Source: an uncultured Eubacteriales bacterium (lineage in GTDB: Bacteria > Bacillota > Clostridia > RGIG6154). Taken from it: a stretch of DNA of 42,609 nucleotides. Below, one piece after another: positions 19,791-29,269 of this stretch (positions are counted from its first letter, which is position 1; every line of letters begins with the position of its first letter). Position numbers and translations under genes: made by a program. Location: positions 1 through 42,609 of the forward strand of contig CAZMRY010000002.1 of assembly GCA_964568815.1 (NCBI GenBank), given 5' to 3'. Under the pieces are notes generated by a model. It saw only the letters and a program-made list of their open reading frames with translations. It was not told the DNA's origin and did no database searches.

Positions 19791-21609
19791 ATTCCTGCTT
19801 AGGGTACAAAAACCTGCCAGATACACAGGCGGGGAAACAAATGTAGTGGTAAAAGATTTTGAGAAAGCAAGTTGTAAAGTTGCATTTTGCTTTCCGGATA
19901 CTTATGAAATAGGTATGTCTCATATAGGTATGAAAATTCTCTATCACTTAATCAATGAAAGAGAAGATGCACTTTGTGAGCGTTTTTATGCTCCGTGGCC
20001 GGATATGGAAGAACAGCTCAAACTTCATAACATACCGCTTTTTTCTCTTGAAAATAAAAAGCCACTTAAAGAGTTTGACTTAATTGGTTTTACACTTCAG
20101 TATGAAATGTCATATACAAACATTTTAAATATGCTTGATATGTCGGGTATACCTCTAAGAAGTGAAAACAGAACAAATGAACCTTTTGTTTGTTTTGGCG
20201 GACCCTGCGCATATAACTGTGAGCCCATTGCTGACTTTGCTGACTTTGTTATGCTTGGTGAAGGTGAAGAACTTTTTGGTGAAGTTATAGAAGCATATAA
20301 TATCTGGAAAAAAAGCAACAAGTCAAGAAAGGAATTTCTCGAAAGTATTGCAAAACTTGAAGGTATATATGTACCATCTTTTTATGATGTCAAATATAAG
20401 GATGATGGAACAGTTGAAAGTATATTAACAAATAATGAGTTCGCTGCAGAAAAACCGAGAAAAAGAATAATTAAAGATATGGATAATGTATATTATCCTG
20501 AAAAACCTATCGTACCTTTTACTGAAATTGTACATGACAGAATTATGATGGAAATTTTCAGAGGTTGTACAAGAAGTTGCAGATTTTGTCAGGCAGGATA
20601 TATTTACAGACCTGTAAGAGAAAAATCTCCTGAAAAAATAGTATCTGCGTGTAAAAATCTTATCAGAAATACAGGTTATGATGAAATTACCCTTTCTTCC
20701 CTCAGCACAAGTGATTATTCATGCTTTAATGAGCTTGCAGATAAGCTTATTGAAATTACGGAAAAACAAAATGTAAGTCTTTCACTTCCATCACTGAGAG
20801 TTGATAATTTTTCTGTTGATTTAATGAAAAGAATACAGAAAGTCAGAAAAAGCGGACTCACATTTGCTCCGGAAGCAGGAAGTCAGAGACTTCGTGACAT
20901 CATAAACAAAAATGTTAAGGAAGAAGATTTGCTTAATACTTCAAAAATTGCATTTTCAAATGGCTGGAACACTATCAAGCTTTATTTTATGATTGGACTG
21001 CCACTTGAAATTGATGAAGATGTAACAGCCATTGCAGAGCTTGCTGAAAAGGTTGTAAATGTTTATCATGAAGCAGCTAAAGTGCTTGAAAGGAAAAGGG
21101 GAGTGAAAATTACTGTCAGCACTTCTACTTTTGTTCCAAAGCCGTTTACACCTTTCCAATGGGATGCACAGGACGAAATTGATAATGTAGTAAGAAAGCA
21201 AACACTTTTAAAAAAATCAATAACAAGAAAACAAATTTCTTATAACTGGCATGAAAGCAAACTCAGTTTTCTTGAAGCTGTATTTGCCCGTGGTGACAGA
21301 CGCCTTTCAAAAGTTATTGAACTTGCACATAAAAAGGGTTGTAAATTTGATAGCTGGAATGAACATTTTAAATATGAAAGCTGGCTTGAAGCTTTTGAAG
21401 AATGCGAAATTGATCCTAAATTTTACGCCAACAGAAAAAGAAGTTTTGACGAAGTTTTGCCCTGGTCACATATTGATGTTGGTGTAAGTGAAAAATATCT
21501 TGTGAAAGAGAGAATGAAGGCAGACAAAGGCGAGACCACTGATGATTGCAGAAATGGCTGTACAGGTTGTGGTGCTACTGTACTTGGAGGTGGATCATGT
21601 ATAAAATAA
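19768..21609 (+). CDS. TIGR03960-type B12-binding-domain radical SAM protein
   Basis: LRVQKPARYTGGE N-terminus and radical SAM cluster CTRSCRFCQAG; 613 aa. Confidence 0.88.
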   Translation: MDIRELDKFLLRVQKPARYTGGETNVVVKDFEKASCKVAFCFPDTYEIGMSHIGMKILYHLINEREDALCERFYAPWPDMEEQLKLHNIPLFSLENKKPLKEFDLIGFTLQYEMSYTNILNMLDMSGIPLRSENRTNEPFVCFGGPCAYNCEPIADFADFVMLGEGEELFGEVIEAYNIWKKSNKSRKEFLESIAKLEGIYVPSFYDVKYKDDGTVESILTNNEFAAEKPRKRIIKDMDNVYYPEKPIVPFTEIVHDRIMMEIFRGCTRSCRFCQAGYIYRPVREKSPEKIVSACKNLIRNTGYDEITLSSLSTSDYSCFNELADKLIEITEKQNVSLSLPSLRVDNFSVDLMKRIQKVRKSGLTFAPEAGSQRLRDIINKNVKEEDLLNTSKIAFSNGWNTIKLYFMIGLPLEIDEDVTAIAELAEKVVNVYHEAAKVLERKRGVKITVSTSTFVPKPFTPFQWDAQDEIDNVVRKQTLLKKSITRKQISYNWHESKLSFLEAVFARGDRRLSKVIELAHKKGCKFDSWNEHFKYESWLEAFEECEIDPKFYANRKRSFDEVLPWSHIDVGVSEKYLVKERMKADKGETTDDCRNGCTGCGATVLGGGSCIK

Positions 21610-22268
21610 GAATATGCTTTTCAAAAACCGGTTGCTCAAAATATGTATCACACCTTGATTTAATGAAAACACTTCAACGCACATTCAGAAGAGGCGGAAT
21701 TGATATAAGTTATTCTCAGGGTTTTAATCCGCATCCTATTATGTCAATAGCTCATCCATTACCGCTTGGCGTCGAAGGACTTTGTGAATATATGGATATT
21801 TCTGTAGACAGCAAACCTGATTATGAAGAACTCAAAATTAAAATGAATAACGCTCTGCCGCAGGATATAAGAGTTCATATTGTTACAGATGCTGAAAGAC
21901 CTTTAAATGAACTTGTAAGAGCTGAATATTCAGCTGATATTGTACTTAAAAATGAAATTTTAGATGTAAATACTAAAATCAACGATTTTCTGTCGAGAAA
22001 TGAAATTGTTGTTGAAAAGAAAACAAAAAGGGGATTAAGTGACACAGACATTAAGCCGATGATATTTGATGTAAAAATTCAAAAGGTTGATGGCTGTGAA
22101 CTCAAACTTAATTTTGTTCTTGCTAACGGAGAACCTGCAAATCTTAAAGCAACTACATTTTTTGATGCAATGGAAAAATATATTGATGGATTTGAAGTAG
22201 ATTATTTTTCTATAGTAAGAAATAATCTTTATGACAGCAAAATGCAAAAAATAGTTGTTGACAAATAA
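21597..22268 (+). CDS. TIGR03936 (DUF2344) radical SAM-associated protein
   Basis: RICFSKTG..KYVSHLDLMKTLQRTFRR and YSQGFNPHP motifs. ATG 21597 after GGAGGTGG overlaps the end of the upstream gene. Confidence 0.8.
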   Translation: MYKIRICFSKTGCSKYVSHLDLMKTLQRTFRRGGIDISYSQGFNPHPIMSIAHPLPLGVEGLCEYMDISVDSKPDYEELKIKMNNALPQDIRVHIVTDAERPLNELVRAEYSADIVLKNEILDVNTKINDFLSRNEIVVEKKTKRGLSDTDIKPMIFDVKIQKVDGCELKLNFVLANGEPANLKATTFFDAMEKYIDGFEVDYFSIVRNNLYDSKMQKIVVDK

Positions 22269-22286
22269 GGTCAAGTATGTTAATAT
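22258..22286 (+). promoter_or_regulatory. sigma-A promoter TTGACA-17-TAATAT driving the lysine riboswitch leader
   Basis: Consensus -35 at 22258-22263, 17-nt spacer, -10 at 22281-22286. Confidence 0.7.
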
Positions 22287-22305
22287 GTATAAAAATTAAT
22301 AATAA

Positions 22306-22470
22306 GGTAGAGGTCGCATTTAGCAATCAGTACTGTGTAAATATGGTTTCCGCAAAACTTCGTTATACAGGAAAGGTGCAGATGCCGAAGTCAGCTGAGG
22401 CGTAAAGCTGTACTGGCATGGCAAAATAATATTTGTCTTGTTGTCGCACTTTATTGTGCGGAGAGCTACA
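22306..22470 (+). promoter_or_regulatory. lysine riboswitch (L-box)
   Basis: GGTAGAGGTCGC...CAGTAC...GGAAAGGTGCAGATGCCGAAG...ACTGGCA...GTGCGGAGAGCTAC matches conserved L-box core elements. P1 pairs GTAG with CTAC. Lies upstream of dapA-lysA. Confidence 0.85.
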
Positions 22471-22493
22471 TATTTTGTTTATATTGTAAATTT

Positions 22494-22530
22494 ATGAGGC
22501 TTTCTGTTTATGTTAGCCTCTTATTTTTTT
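22494..22530 (+). terminator. riboswitch expression-platform intrinsic terminator
   Basis: GAGGCT (22496-22501) pairs with AGCCTC (22515-22520), followed by TTATTTTTTT. Confidence 0.7.
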
Positions 22531-22547
22531 AGAAAGGAAGATATTTT

Positions 22548-23435
22548 ATGAACACAAAAACAATTTTCAAAGGTGTCGCAACAGCACTTATCACTCCACT
22601 TGATGAAAACGGAGTTAACTATGAAAAATTAGGTAAATTAATAGATTGGCAGATTGAAGAAGGAATAAATGCTATTGTAATCTGTGGTACTACAGGAGAA
22701 GCATCAACACTTACTGATGAAGAACACAGAGCAGTTATTAAATATGCAGTAGAAAGAGCAAATAAAAGAATACCTATCATTGCAGGCACAGGAAGTAATG
22801 ATACAGACTATGCTGTTGATTTAACAAAATTTGCTTGTGAAGTTGGCGTTGATGGTGTCCTTGTTGTAACTCCATATTATAACAAAACCTCTCAGGCTGG
22901 ATTAGTTAAAATGTTTACAACAATAGCAGATAACAGCACAGTTCCTGTAATATTATATAATGTTCCTTCAAGAACAGGTGTTAATATTGAACCTGCTACA
23001 TATGAAAAACTTGCTCAGCATCCGATGATTTCAGGTATAAAAGAAGCAAGCGGAAACATATCTGCTTTAGCAAAGACAGCATCACTGCTTAAAGGTAAGC
23101 TTGATATCTATTCTGGTAATGATGATGAAATAGTTCCTATTATGTCTCTTGGCGGAGTTGGCGTAATTTCAGTTCTTTCTAATCTTATGCCAAAGAAGAC
23201 TGTTGAAATTTGTGACAGTTTCTTTAATGGCAACATTGAAAAAGCAAGAGATTTACAGCTTGAGCTTTTGCCACTTATAAATGCACTTTTCAGCGATGTT
23301 AATCCTATCCCTGTAAAAGCGGCTATGTCTCATATGGGATTTTGTGACAATTACTTAAGACTTCCTCTTGTTGAAATGGCAGATGATAAAGAAAAAATTC
23401 TTGTTGAACTTATGAAAGAACAGAATTTAATCTGA
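22548..23435 (+). CDS. dapA: 4-hydroxy-tetrahydrodipicolinate synthase
   Basis: ALITPL, GTTGE and Schiff-base Lys region GIKEASG; 295 aa. Confidence 0.95.
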   Translation: MNTKTIFKGVATALITPLDENGVNYEKLGKLIDWQIEEGINAIVICGTTGEASTLTDEEHRAVIKYAVERANKRIPIIAGTGSNDTDYAVDLTKFACEVGVDGVLVVTPYYNKTSQAGLVKMFTTIADNSTVPVILYNVPSRTGVNIEPATYEKLAQHPMISGIKEASGNISALAKTASLLKGKLDIYSGNDDEIVPIMSLGGVGVISVLSNLMPKKTVEICDSFFNGNIEKARDLQLELLPLINALFSDVNPIPVKAAMSHMGFCDNYLRLPLVEMADDKEKILVELMKEQNLI

Positions 23436-23449
23436 ATAAGAAAGGACTA

Positions 23450-24748
23450 ATGATGTATATTTTAGATAACTTATCCGTAAACGATAAAGGACATCTTACT
23501 TTCGCAGATATTGATGCAGTAAGTCTTGCAGAGAAGTACGGAACACCTCTTTATCTGATGGATGAAAACAAAATCAGAAGAAGATGCAGAGAATATATAG
23601 ATGCCTTAAGTAAATATTTTAGAAAAGCAAACCCTTTATATGCAAGTAAAGCAGCATCGTTTAAACGCATATATGAGATTGTAAATGAAGAAAAAATGTC
23701 TGTTGATGTAGTTTCCGCAGGCGAGCTTTTTACCGCTCTTAAAGCAGGATTTCCAATGGAAAATGTGTATTTTCACGGGAATAATAAAACAATTGACGAA
23801 ATAGAATTTGCTATTAAGAATAAAATAGGTTGTTTTATTGTTGATAATTCATATGAGCTACACAACATTGATGAAATAGCAAAGAAATATAATATAAAAC
23901 AAAAAATTCTTTTAAGAATTACACCTGGAATTGACCCTCATACATATGAAGCAGTTGCAACAGGTAAGGTTGATTGTAAGTTTGGTTCTGCAATAGAAAC
24001 AGGTCAGGCTCTTGAAATTGTAAAAGAAGCATTAAAATGCGAAAATGTAGTACTTCAGGGCTATCATTGTCATATAGGTTCAATGGTATTTGAACATAAA
24101 CCTTTCAGTGATTCAGCAAAAGTGATGCTTAAATTCATATCTGATGTCGCAAGAGAAACAGACTATACTGCCAAAATCCTTAACTTAGGCGGTGGTTTTG
24201 GTGTGAGATATGTTGAATCAGACCCTGAGCTTGATATTGACGAATGTATAAAGAAGCTTGCAGAAGTAATTAAAACGGAATGTGAAAATTTAGGTCTTGA
24301 TGAACCTGAAATATTAATGGAACCGGGAAGAAGTATTGTAGGTGACTGCGGTATAACATTATATACTGTTGGCTCTGTTAAAGAAATAACAGGTTATAAG
24401 AAGTATGTTGCTATAGATGGGGGAATGTCTGATAACCCAAGATATGCTCTCTATGGCTCTGAATATACAGCAGTTGTAGCAAATAAAGCTGATTGTGAAA
24501 GAAACTATTTATGCACAATAGCAGGTAAATGCTGTGAAAGCGGAGATTTAATTCAGGAAAATACTAAAATACAGAAACCTGAATCGGGCGATTATCTTGC
24601 AATTCTTTCAACAGGTGCATATAATTATTCAATGGCTTCAAACTACAATAAAATTCCAAGACCGCCTATTGTTATGGTTAAGGACAATAAAGATTATATT
24701 GCTGTTAAAAGAGAAACTTTTGAAGATTTAATCAAAAATGAGTTGTAA
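23450..24748 (+). CDS. lysA: diaminopimelate decarboxylase
   Basis: PLP Lys region YASKA; GGGFGV, EPGRSIVG and CESGD motifs. Confidence 0.93.
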   Translation: MMYILDNLSVNDKGHLTFADIDAVSLAEKYGTPLYLMDENKIRRRCREYIDALSKYFRKANPLYASKAASFKRIYEIVNEEKMSVDVVSAGELFTALKAGFPMENVYFHGNNKTIDEIEFAIKNKIGCFIVDNSYELHNIDEIAKKYNIKQKILLRITPGIDPHTYEAVATGKVDCKFGSAIETGQALEIVKEALKCENVVLQGYHCHIGSMVFEHKPFSDSAKVMLKFISDVARETDYTAKILNLGGGFGVRYVESDPELDIDECIKKLAEVIKTECENLGLDEPEILMEPGRSIVGDCGITLYTVGSVKEITGYKKYVAIDGGMSDNPRYALYGSEYTAVVANKADCERNYLCTIAGKCCESGDLIQENTKIQKPESGDYLAILSTGAYNYSMASNYNKIPRPPIVMVKDNKDYIAVKRETFEDLIKNEL

Positions 24749-24792
24749 TCTTCGTACTTTAGTGATATAATATATAAAACGGAGGGATGAAA

Positions 24793-26100
24793 ATGAGCAA
24801 TTACTTACATAAGGACATTGAAACAATGCCTAGAGAAGAAATTGAAAAGCTTCAAAGTGAAAGACTTGTTAAACAAGTTAAAAGAATGTATGATAATGTT
24901 GAACTTTTCAGAAACAGAATGAATGAAGCAGGTCTTGCACCTGATGATGTTAAAGGAATTGAAGATTTACATAAACTTCCTTTTTCATACAAACAGGATT
25001 TGCGTGATTATTATCCATACGGATTATTTGCAGTACCAACCAAGGATATTGTAAGAGTGCACGCATCAAGTGGAACAACAGGTAAAAAAATTGTTGTAGG
25101 CTATACTGAAAACGATTTGACTATGTGGGGCGACTGTGTTGCAAGAATGATGACAGCTATCGGACTTGGAAAAGATGATTTTGTTCAGGTTTCATATGGC
25201 TATGGTTTATTTACAGGCGGTCTTGGTGCACACGCAGGTGCTGAGGCTATCGGTGCGACAGTTATACCAACATCAAGCGGAAATACTCAGATGCAGGTGC
25301 AGACGATGGTTGACTTTGGAAGTACTGCTCTTTGCTGTACACCATCTTATGCTATGTATCTTGGCGAATATATTGCTGAAACAGGTAATAAAGACAATAT
25401 AAAACTTAAAGCTGGTATTTTCGGTGCTGAACCATGGACTGAAGATATGAGAGCAGCGATAGAAGAAAAACTTAACTGTAAAGCTTATGACATTTACGGT
25501 TTATCTGAAATTATGGGTCCGGGTGTTTCTTGTGAATGTGAATATCAGTGCGGTATGCATGTATGGGAAGACCATTTCATTCCTGAAATCATCGATCCTG
25601 ACACAGGTGAAGTATTGCCGGCAGGTGAAAGCGGAGAACTTGTATTTACTACAATCACAAAAGAAGGTTTCCCGCTTATCAGATACAGAACAAAAGATAT
25701 CTGTTCACTTAATTACGAAAAATGTAAGTGCGGCAGAACGCATGTTAGAATGAGAAAGCCTACCGGCAGAAGTGATGATATGCTTATTATCAGAGGTGTA
25801 AATGTATTCCCATCACAGATTGAAGAAGTTTTACTTAAGGTTGGCGAAGGAATTACTCCTAACTATCAGATTGTTGTTGACAGGGTTAACAACACAGATA
25901 CTCTTGATGTTTATGTTGAGATGACAGAAGAATTATTCTCTGATGAAATCAAAGGTATTGAAAAGATAGAAAAGAAAATAACAGAAGAACTTCGTTCAAT
26001 GCTTGGTATAGGTGCAAAAGTTCACCTTGTTAACCCTAAATCAATTGCACGAAGCGAAGGTAAGGCAAAAAGAGTTATAGATAACAGAAAGTTAAGTTAA
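24793..26100 (+). CDS. phenylacetate-CoA ligase family (PaaK-like) adenylate-forming enzyme
   Basis: SSGTTGK AMP-binding motif and PaaK-like length. ATG 24793 is better spaced from GGAGGG (24781-24786) than 24787. Confidence 0.85.
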   Translation: MSNYLHKDIETMPREEIEKLQSERLVKQVKRMYDNVELFRNRMNEAGLAPDDVKGIEDLHKLPFSYKQDLRDYYPYGLFAVPTKDIVRVHASSGTTGKKIVVGYTENDLTMWGDCVARMMTAIGLGKDDFVQVSYGYGLFTGGLGAHAGAEAIGATVIPTSSGNTQMQVQTMVDFGSTALCCTPSYAMYLGEYIAETGNKDNIKLKAGIFGAEPWTEDMRAAIEEKLNCKAYDIYGLSEIMGPGVSCECEYQCGMHVWEDHFIPEIIDPDTGEVLPAGESGELVFTTITKEGFPLIRYRTKDICSLNYEKCKCGRTHVRMRKPTGRSDDMLIIRGVNVFPSQIEEVLLKVGEGITPNYQIVVDRVNNTDTLDVYVEMTEELFSDEIKGIEKIEKKITEELRSMLGIGAKVHLVNPKSIARSEGKAKRVIDNRKLS

Positions 26101-26112
26101 GGAGGAGTTAAT

Positions 26113-26499
26113 ATGAAATTAAAACAGCTTTCAATTTTCCTTGAAAATAAGACAGGACGACTTGCTGCAGCTCTTGATTTGCTTGGAAAGAACAATATTA
26201 ATCTTAGTGCATTTTCTTTGGCAGACACAACAGAGTTTGGTATTGCCAGAATGATTGTTAATGACGAAGAGAAGGCTAAAAAAGTTTTCAGTGATGCAGG
26301 TATTGTTGTTAAAGTGGTAGAAGTTTTCGCTGCTCATGTTGAAGATGAACCTGGTGCTCTTGTAGAACTCCTTAAAAAGCTTTCTGATGGCGGTGTTGCT
26401 GTAGAATATATGTATGCTTTTTATGGTAAAGGTTCAGATGAAGCTTTAATGGTATTTAAAGTTGATGATATTGCTAAAGCAGAAGAAATAGTAAAATAA
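26113..26499 (+). CDS. ACT domain-containing (amino-acid-binding) protein
   Basis: Two short ACT-like repeats (LSIFLENKTGRL..., AHVEDEPGAL...). This is a common partner of PaaK-like ligases. Confidence 0.75.
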   Translation: MKLKQLSIFLENKTGRLAAALDLLGKNNINLSAFSLADTTEFGIARMIVNDEEKAKKVFSDAGIVVKVVEVFAAHVEDEPGALVELLKKLSDGGVAVEYMYAFYGKGSDEALMVFKVDDIAKAEEIVK

Positions 26500-26503
26500 T
26501 AGT

Positions 26504-26532
26504 AAAAACCGATACAATTCGTATCGGTTTTT
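26504..26532. terminator. bidirectional intrinsic terminator between the ACT gene and lexA
   Basis: AAAAA-CCGATAC-AATTC-GTATCGG-TTTTT. Confidence 0.8.
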
Positions 26533-27115
26533 AAAATTTTCTGATAAGTCCAATAACTGTGCCGAGTATTGTAAGATGTTCAGGATATATTGGTTCGTAT
26601 ATTGGATTTTCAGGCAATAAGTATACTGAATTTTGTGTTTTAATCAATCGTTTAACCGTTGCAGAATCATCAATTAATGCTACAACTATTGCGTTGTTTT
26701 CTGCATCACTTTGTTTTTTTACTATAACAATATCACCACTGTTAATTCCGGCATTTATCATTGAGTCACCTGAAACATTAAGCATAAACAAGTCATCGCC
26801 TGAACCAAAATGAGATGGCAGAGGATAATATTCTTCTATACTTTCGTACGCAAATATTGGATTTCCTGCAGTTATTGTGCCTATTAAGGGTACAGAACTA
26901 TAATTGATATCTTTAACAGGTTTTATAGTTCTTTGTTTATTTTTATCACTTTTAAGATAACCTTTTTCTCTTAAAAGTTTTAAATGCTGATATACAGTTG
27001 CAGGGGATTTTAATCCAGCTTCATTACAAATTTCACGAACTGTAGGAGAGTGACCGTTTTGTTCGATGTATTTAGTTATAATGTTAAGTATAATTTCCTG
27101 TTTCTTCGTCATCAT
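26531..27115 (-). CDS. lexA: LexA repressor
   Basis: N-terminal wHTH (SPTVREICNEAGLKSPATVYQHLKLL). Ala-Gly cleavage site TAGNP. Ser/Lys dyad motifs GDSM and VKRL. ATG 27115 lies 5 nt after AGGTGA. Confidence 0.92.
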   Translation of the reverse strand: MMTKKQEIILNIITKYIEQNGHSPTVREICNEAGLKSPATVYQHLKLLREKGYLKSDKNKQRTIKPVKDINYSSVPLIGTITAGNPIFAYESIEEYYPLPSHFGSGDDLFMLNVSGDSMINAGINSGDIVIVKKQSDAENNAIVVALIDDSATVKRLIKTQNSVYLLPENPIYEPIYPEHLTILGTVIGLIRKF

Positions 27116-27132
27116 AATTATCACCTGGTTAC

Positions 27133-27161
27133 ATTATATAATATAAATCGAAAATTTGCAA
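27133..27161 (-). promoter_or_regulatory. candidate lexA promoter TTGCAA-17-TATAAT (minus strand)
   Basis: Read on the - strand: TTGCAA (27161->27156), 17-nt spacer, TATAAT (27138->27133). It lies very close to the RBS, so the leader would be very short. Confidence 0.45.
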
Positions 27162-27167
27162 ATAAAG

Positions 27168-27196
27168 TTGAAAACAAGCGTAAATTATGTTATAAT
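27168..27196 (+). promoter_or_regulatory. sigma-A promoter TTGAAA-17-TATAAT for the hydrolase / HD / dehydrogenase / icd string
   Basis: TTGAAA 27168-27173, 17-nt spacer, TATAAT 27191-27196; AGGAGG RBS before ATG 27227. Confidence 0.65.
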
Positions 27197-27226
27197 ACAT
27201 AAAAAAAATTATAGGAGGCGACAAAT

Positions 27227-28048
27227 ATGTGTGATACATTTAAATTATGGGAAAACACTCCAGGTATGTGTGAAGAATTACCTGTTATTGAATATTATAA
27301 ACCTGATGTATTAAAAAGCGATGCAGCTGTTATTATTTTCCCTGGTGGAGGGTATTCCCACAGAGCAAAGCACGAAGGTGAAGGATATGCAAAATTTTTA
27401 AATGAACACGGAATATCTGCTTTTGTTGTTCAATACAGAGTTTCTCCTCACAGATTTCCGCTTGAACTTTTAGATGCCAGAAGAAGCATCAGATATGTAA
27501 GATATTATGCTGATAAGTTTGGAATAGATAAAAATAAAGTGTGCGTTATGGGTTCTTCTGCAGGCGGTCACTTAGCTGCTTTTGTTTCTACATACACACA
27601 GCCTATAAATTTTGAAGATGTTGACGAGATTGATAAAGAGAATTTTATTCCTGATAAACAAATACTTTGTTATCCGGTAATTTTACTTGGAAACAAAAAT
27701 ATTGCTAATGTTCCGTCTGGAAAAAATCTTCTTGGAGAAAATTATCCTGATTTATGGGAAGAGTGTTCTCCTAATCTTATTGCAAATGAATTAACACCTG
27801 ATGCATTCATTTGGCACACATTTGAAGATGGGGCGGTTAATGTAATTAACAGTCTTGAATATGCTAAAAAGCTCAGAGAACTTAATAAAAAGGCTGAAAT
27901 ACATATTTTCCCTGAGGGACCGCACGGTTTAGGACTTTCAACTCAAAACCCTGATTTAGATGAACGAGCAAATGTAACGAGAGCTCATATTTCTCAGTGG
28001 TCAGGTCTGTTGATCAACTGGTTTAAATATATTAATTATTTGAAATAG
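27227..28048 (+). CDS. alpha/beta hydrolase (esterase/lipase, Aes-like)
   Basis: Oxyanion-type FPGGGY and nucleophile elbow GSSAGGH; C-terminal His region (PEGPHG). Confidence 0.8.
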   Translation: MCDTFKLWENTPGMCEELPVIEYYKPDVLKSDAAVIIFPGGGYSHRAKHEGEGYAKFLNEHGISAFVVQYRVSPHRFPLELLDARRSIRYVRYYADKFGIDKNKVCVMGSSAGGHLAAFVSTYTQPINFEDVDEIDKENFIPDKQILCYPVILLGNKNIANVPSGKNLLGENYPDLWEECSPNLIANELTPDAFIWHTFEDGAVNVINSLEYAKKLRELNKKAEIHIFPEGPHGLGLSTQNPDLDERANVTRAHISQWSGLLINWFKYINYLK

Positions 28049-28057
28049 AGGTGTTTT

Positions 28058-29257
28058 ATGTTAAAACCATCATTAATTGAACTTATACATAAGGGAACGC
28101 TTATTCAAAGATGGAATGACCATATCCGTCCTTTTACAGGTTTTACTGAAATTGATAAGCAGGCACATAAAATTTTCTACGCATATGTACTGGCTAAATC
28201 AAATGAGGATTGCGGTGGAGAGGTGGATATGTGTAAACTCATTGAAGGTCTTATTTTTGAGTATATACACAGAATTATTCTTACGGATATAAAACCACCT
28301 ATATACCATAAACTCATTGCTGAAAAGGGAAATGAAATCAACAAATGGGTTATTGAGCAGACAATTGGTGAAATGCAGGATATTAACGAAGATTTTGCTC
28401 AGCGTATGGTTATGTACTTTTCTGATGATAATTACAGTAAACAGGAAAAAATAATTATCAAATTTGCTCATTATCTTGCAACAAGATGGGAATTTGATGT
28501 TATATATCCTTTTAATAAAACGATGTATAACATCGAAAATACAAAAACTGAGGTTGAAAATTCTCTTTCAAACTGTCCGTGGTTTCCAGGCAAGCAGGAG
28601 ATATACCAGAACCCCAAAATTTTAAATTTTGTTAACCTTATTGGAAGACTGAGATTTCAGCAGAGATGGACTGCAACAGCGAGAATTCCACAAACATCAG
28701 TTATAGGTCACACTCTTGTGGTAGCTTTTCTTTCATATTTCTTTAGTGTAAGCAAAGGTTATAGCAAAAAAAGGTGCGAAAATAACTTTTTTGGCGGATT
28801 ATTTCACGATTTACCTGAAGTTCTTACACGCGACATAATTTCTCCTGTTAAACGAGGAATTGAAGGTCTTGATGAGTTGATAAAGGGTATTGAAGTTTCA
28901 CAGCTGGAGGAAATTGTTTATCCACTTATACCTGCTCACTGGAGTACAGATATTGACTATTATACTGATGATGAATTTGATTCTAAAATTAAAGTAGAAG
29001 ATAAAATAATCAAAGTCACCACTGAAGAAATTACAAAAAAATATGATGAGGATAAATTCTGTCCTATTGATGGACAGATAATAAGAATTTGCGATCATAT
29101 TTCTGCATATCTTGAAGCTTATCTTTCAGTAATGAATGGTGTTGAAGCTGATTCTCTTAAACATTCTATGCAAACACTTTATCAGATATATGAAAACAAA
29201 GTTCTTGACGGAATCGATTTCAGTAAGTACTTTGAATTCTTTTTTCCACACAGATAA
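28058..29257 (+). CDS. HD domain-containing phosphohydrolase (tandem YfbR-like modules, first one degenerate)
   Basis: C-half: RW...IGHTLVVAF...FHDLPEVLTRDIISPV. N-half parallels it: RW...QAHKIFYAY...IHRIILTDIKPPI, with HD replaced by HR. Confidence 0.7.
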   Translation: MLKPSLIELIHKGTLIQRWNDHIRPFTGFTEIDKQAHKIFYAYVLAKSNEDCGGEVDMCKLIEGLIFEYIHRIILTDIKPPIYHKLIAEKGNEINKWVIEQTIGEMQDINEDFAQRMVMYFSDDNYSKQEKIIIKFAHYLATRWEFDVIYPFNKTMYNIENTKTEVENSLSNCPWFPGKQEIYQNPKILNFVNLIGRLRFQQRWTATARIPQTSVIGHTLVVAFLSYFFSVSKGYSKKRCENNFFGGLFHDLPEVLTRDIISPVKRGIEGLDELIKGIEVSQLEEIVYPLIPAHWSTDIDYYTDDEFDSKIKVEDKIIKVTTEEITKKYDEDKFCPIDGQIIRICDHISAYLEAYLSVMNGVEADSLKHSMQTLYQIYENKVLDGIDFSKYFEFFFPHR

Positions 29258-29269
29258 CAGGAGTTAAAT

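Noticed and set aside
27113-27226. Looked for a Firmicutes LexA (Cheo) box GAAC-N4-GTTC in the lexA / hydrolase divergent promoter region
   Set aside because: No GAAC or GTTC tetramer is present in the intergenic region. CGAAAATTTGC overlapping the putative -35 is not a dyad of the right form. The box may be divergent in this lineage, but I cannot support a site.
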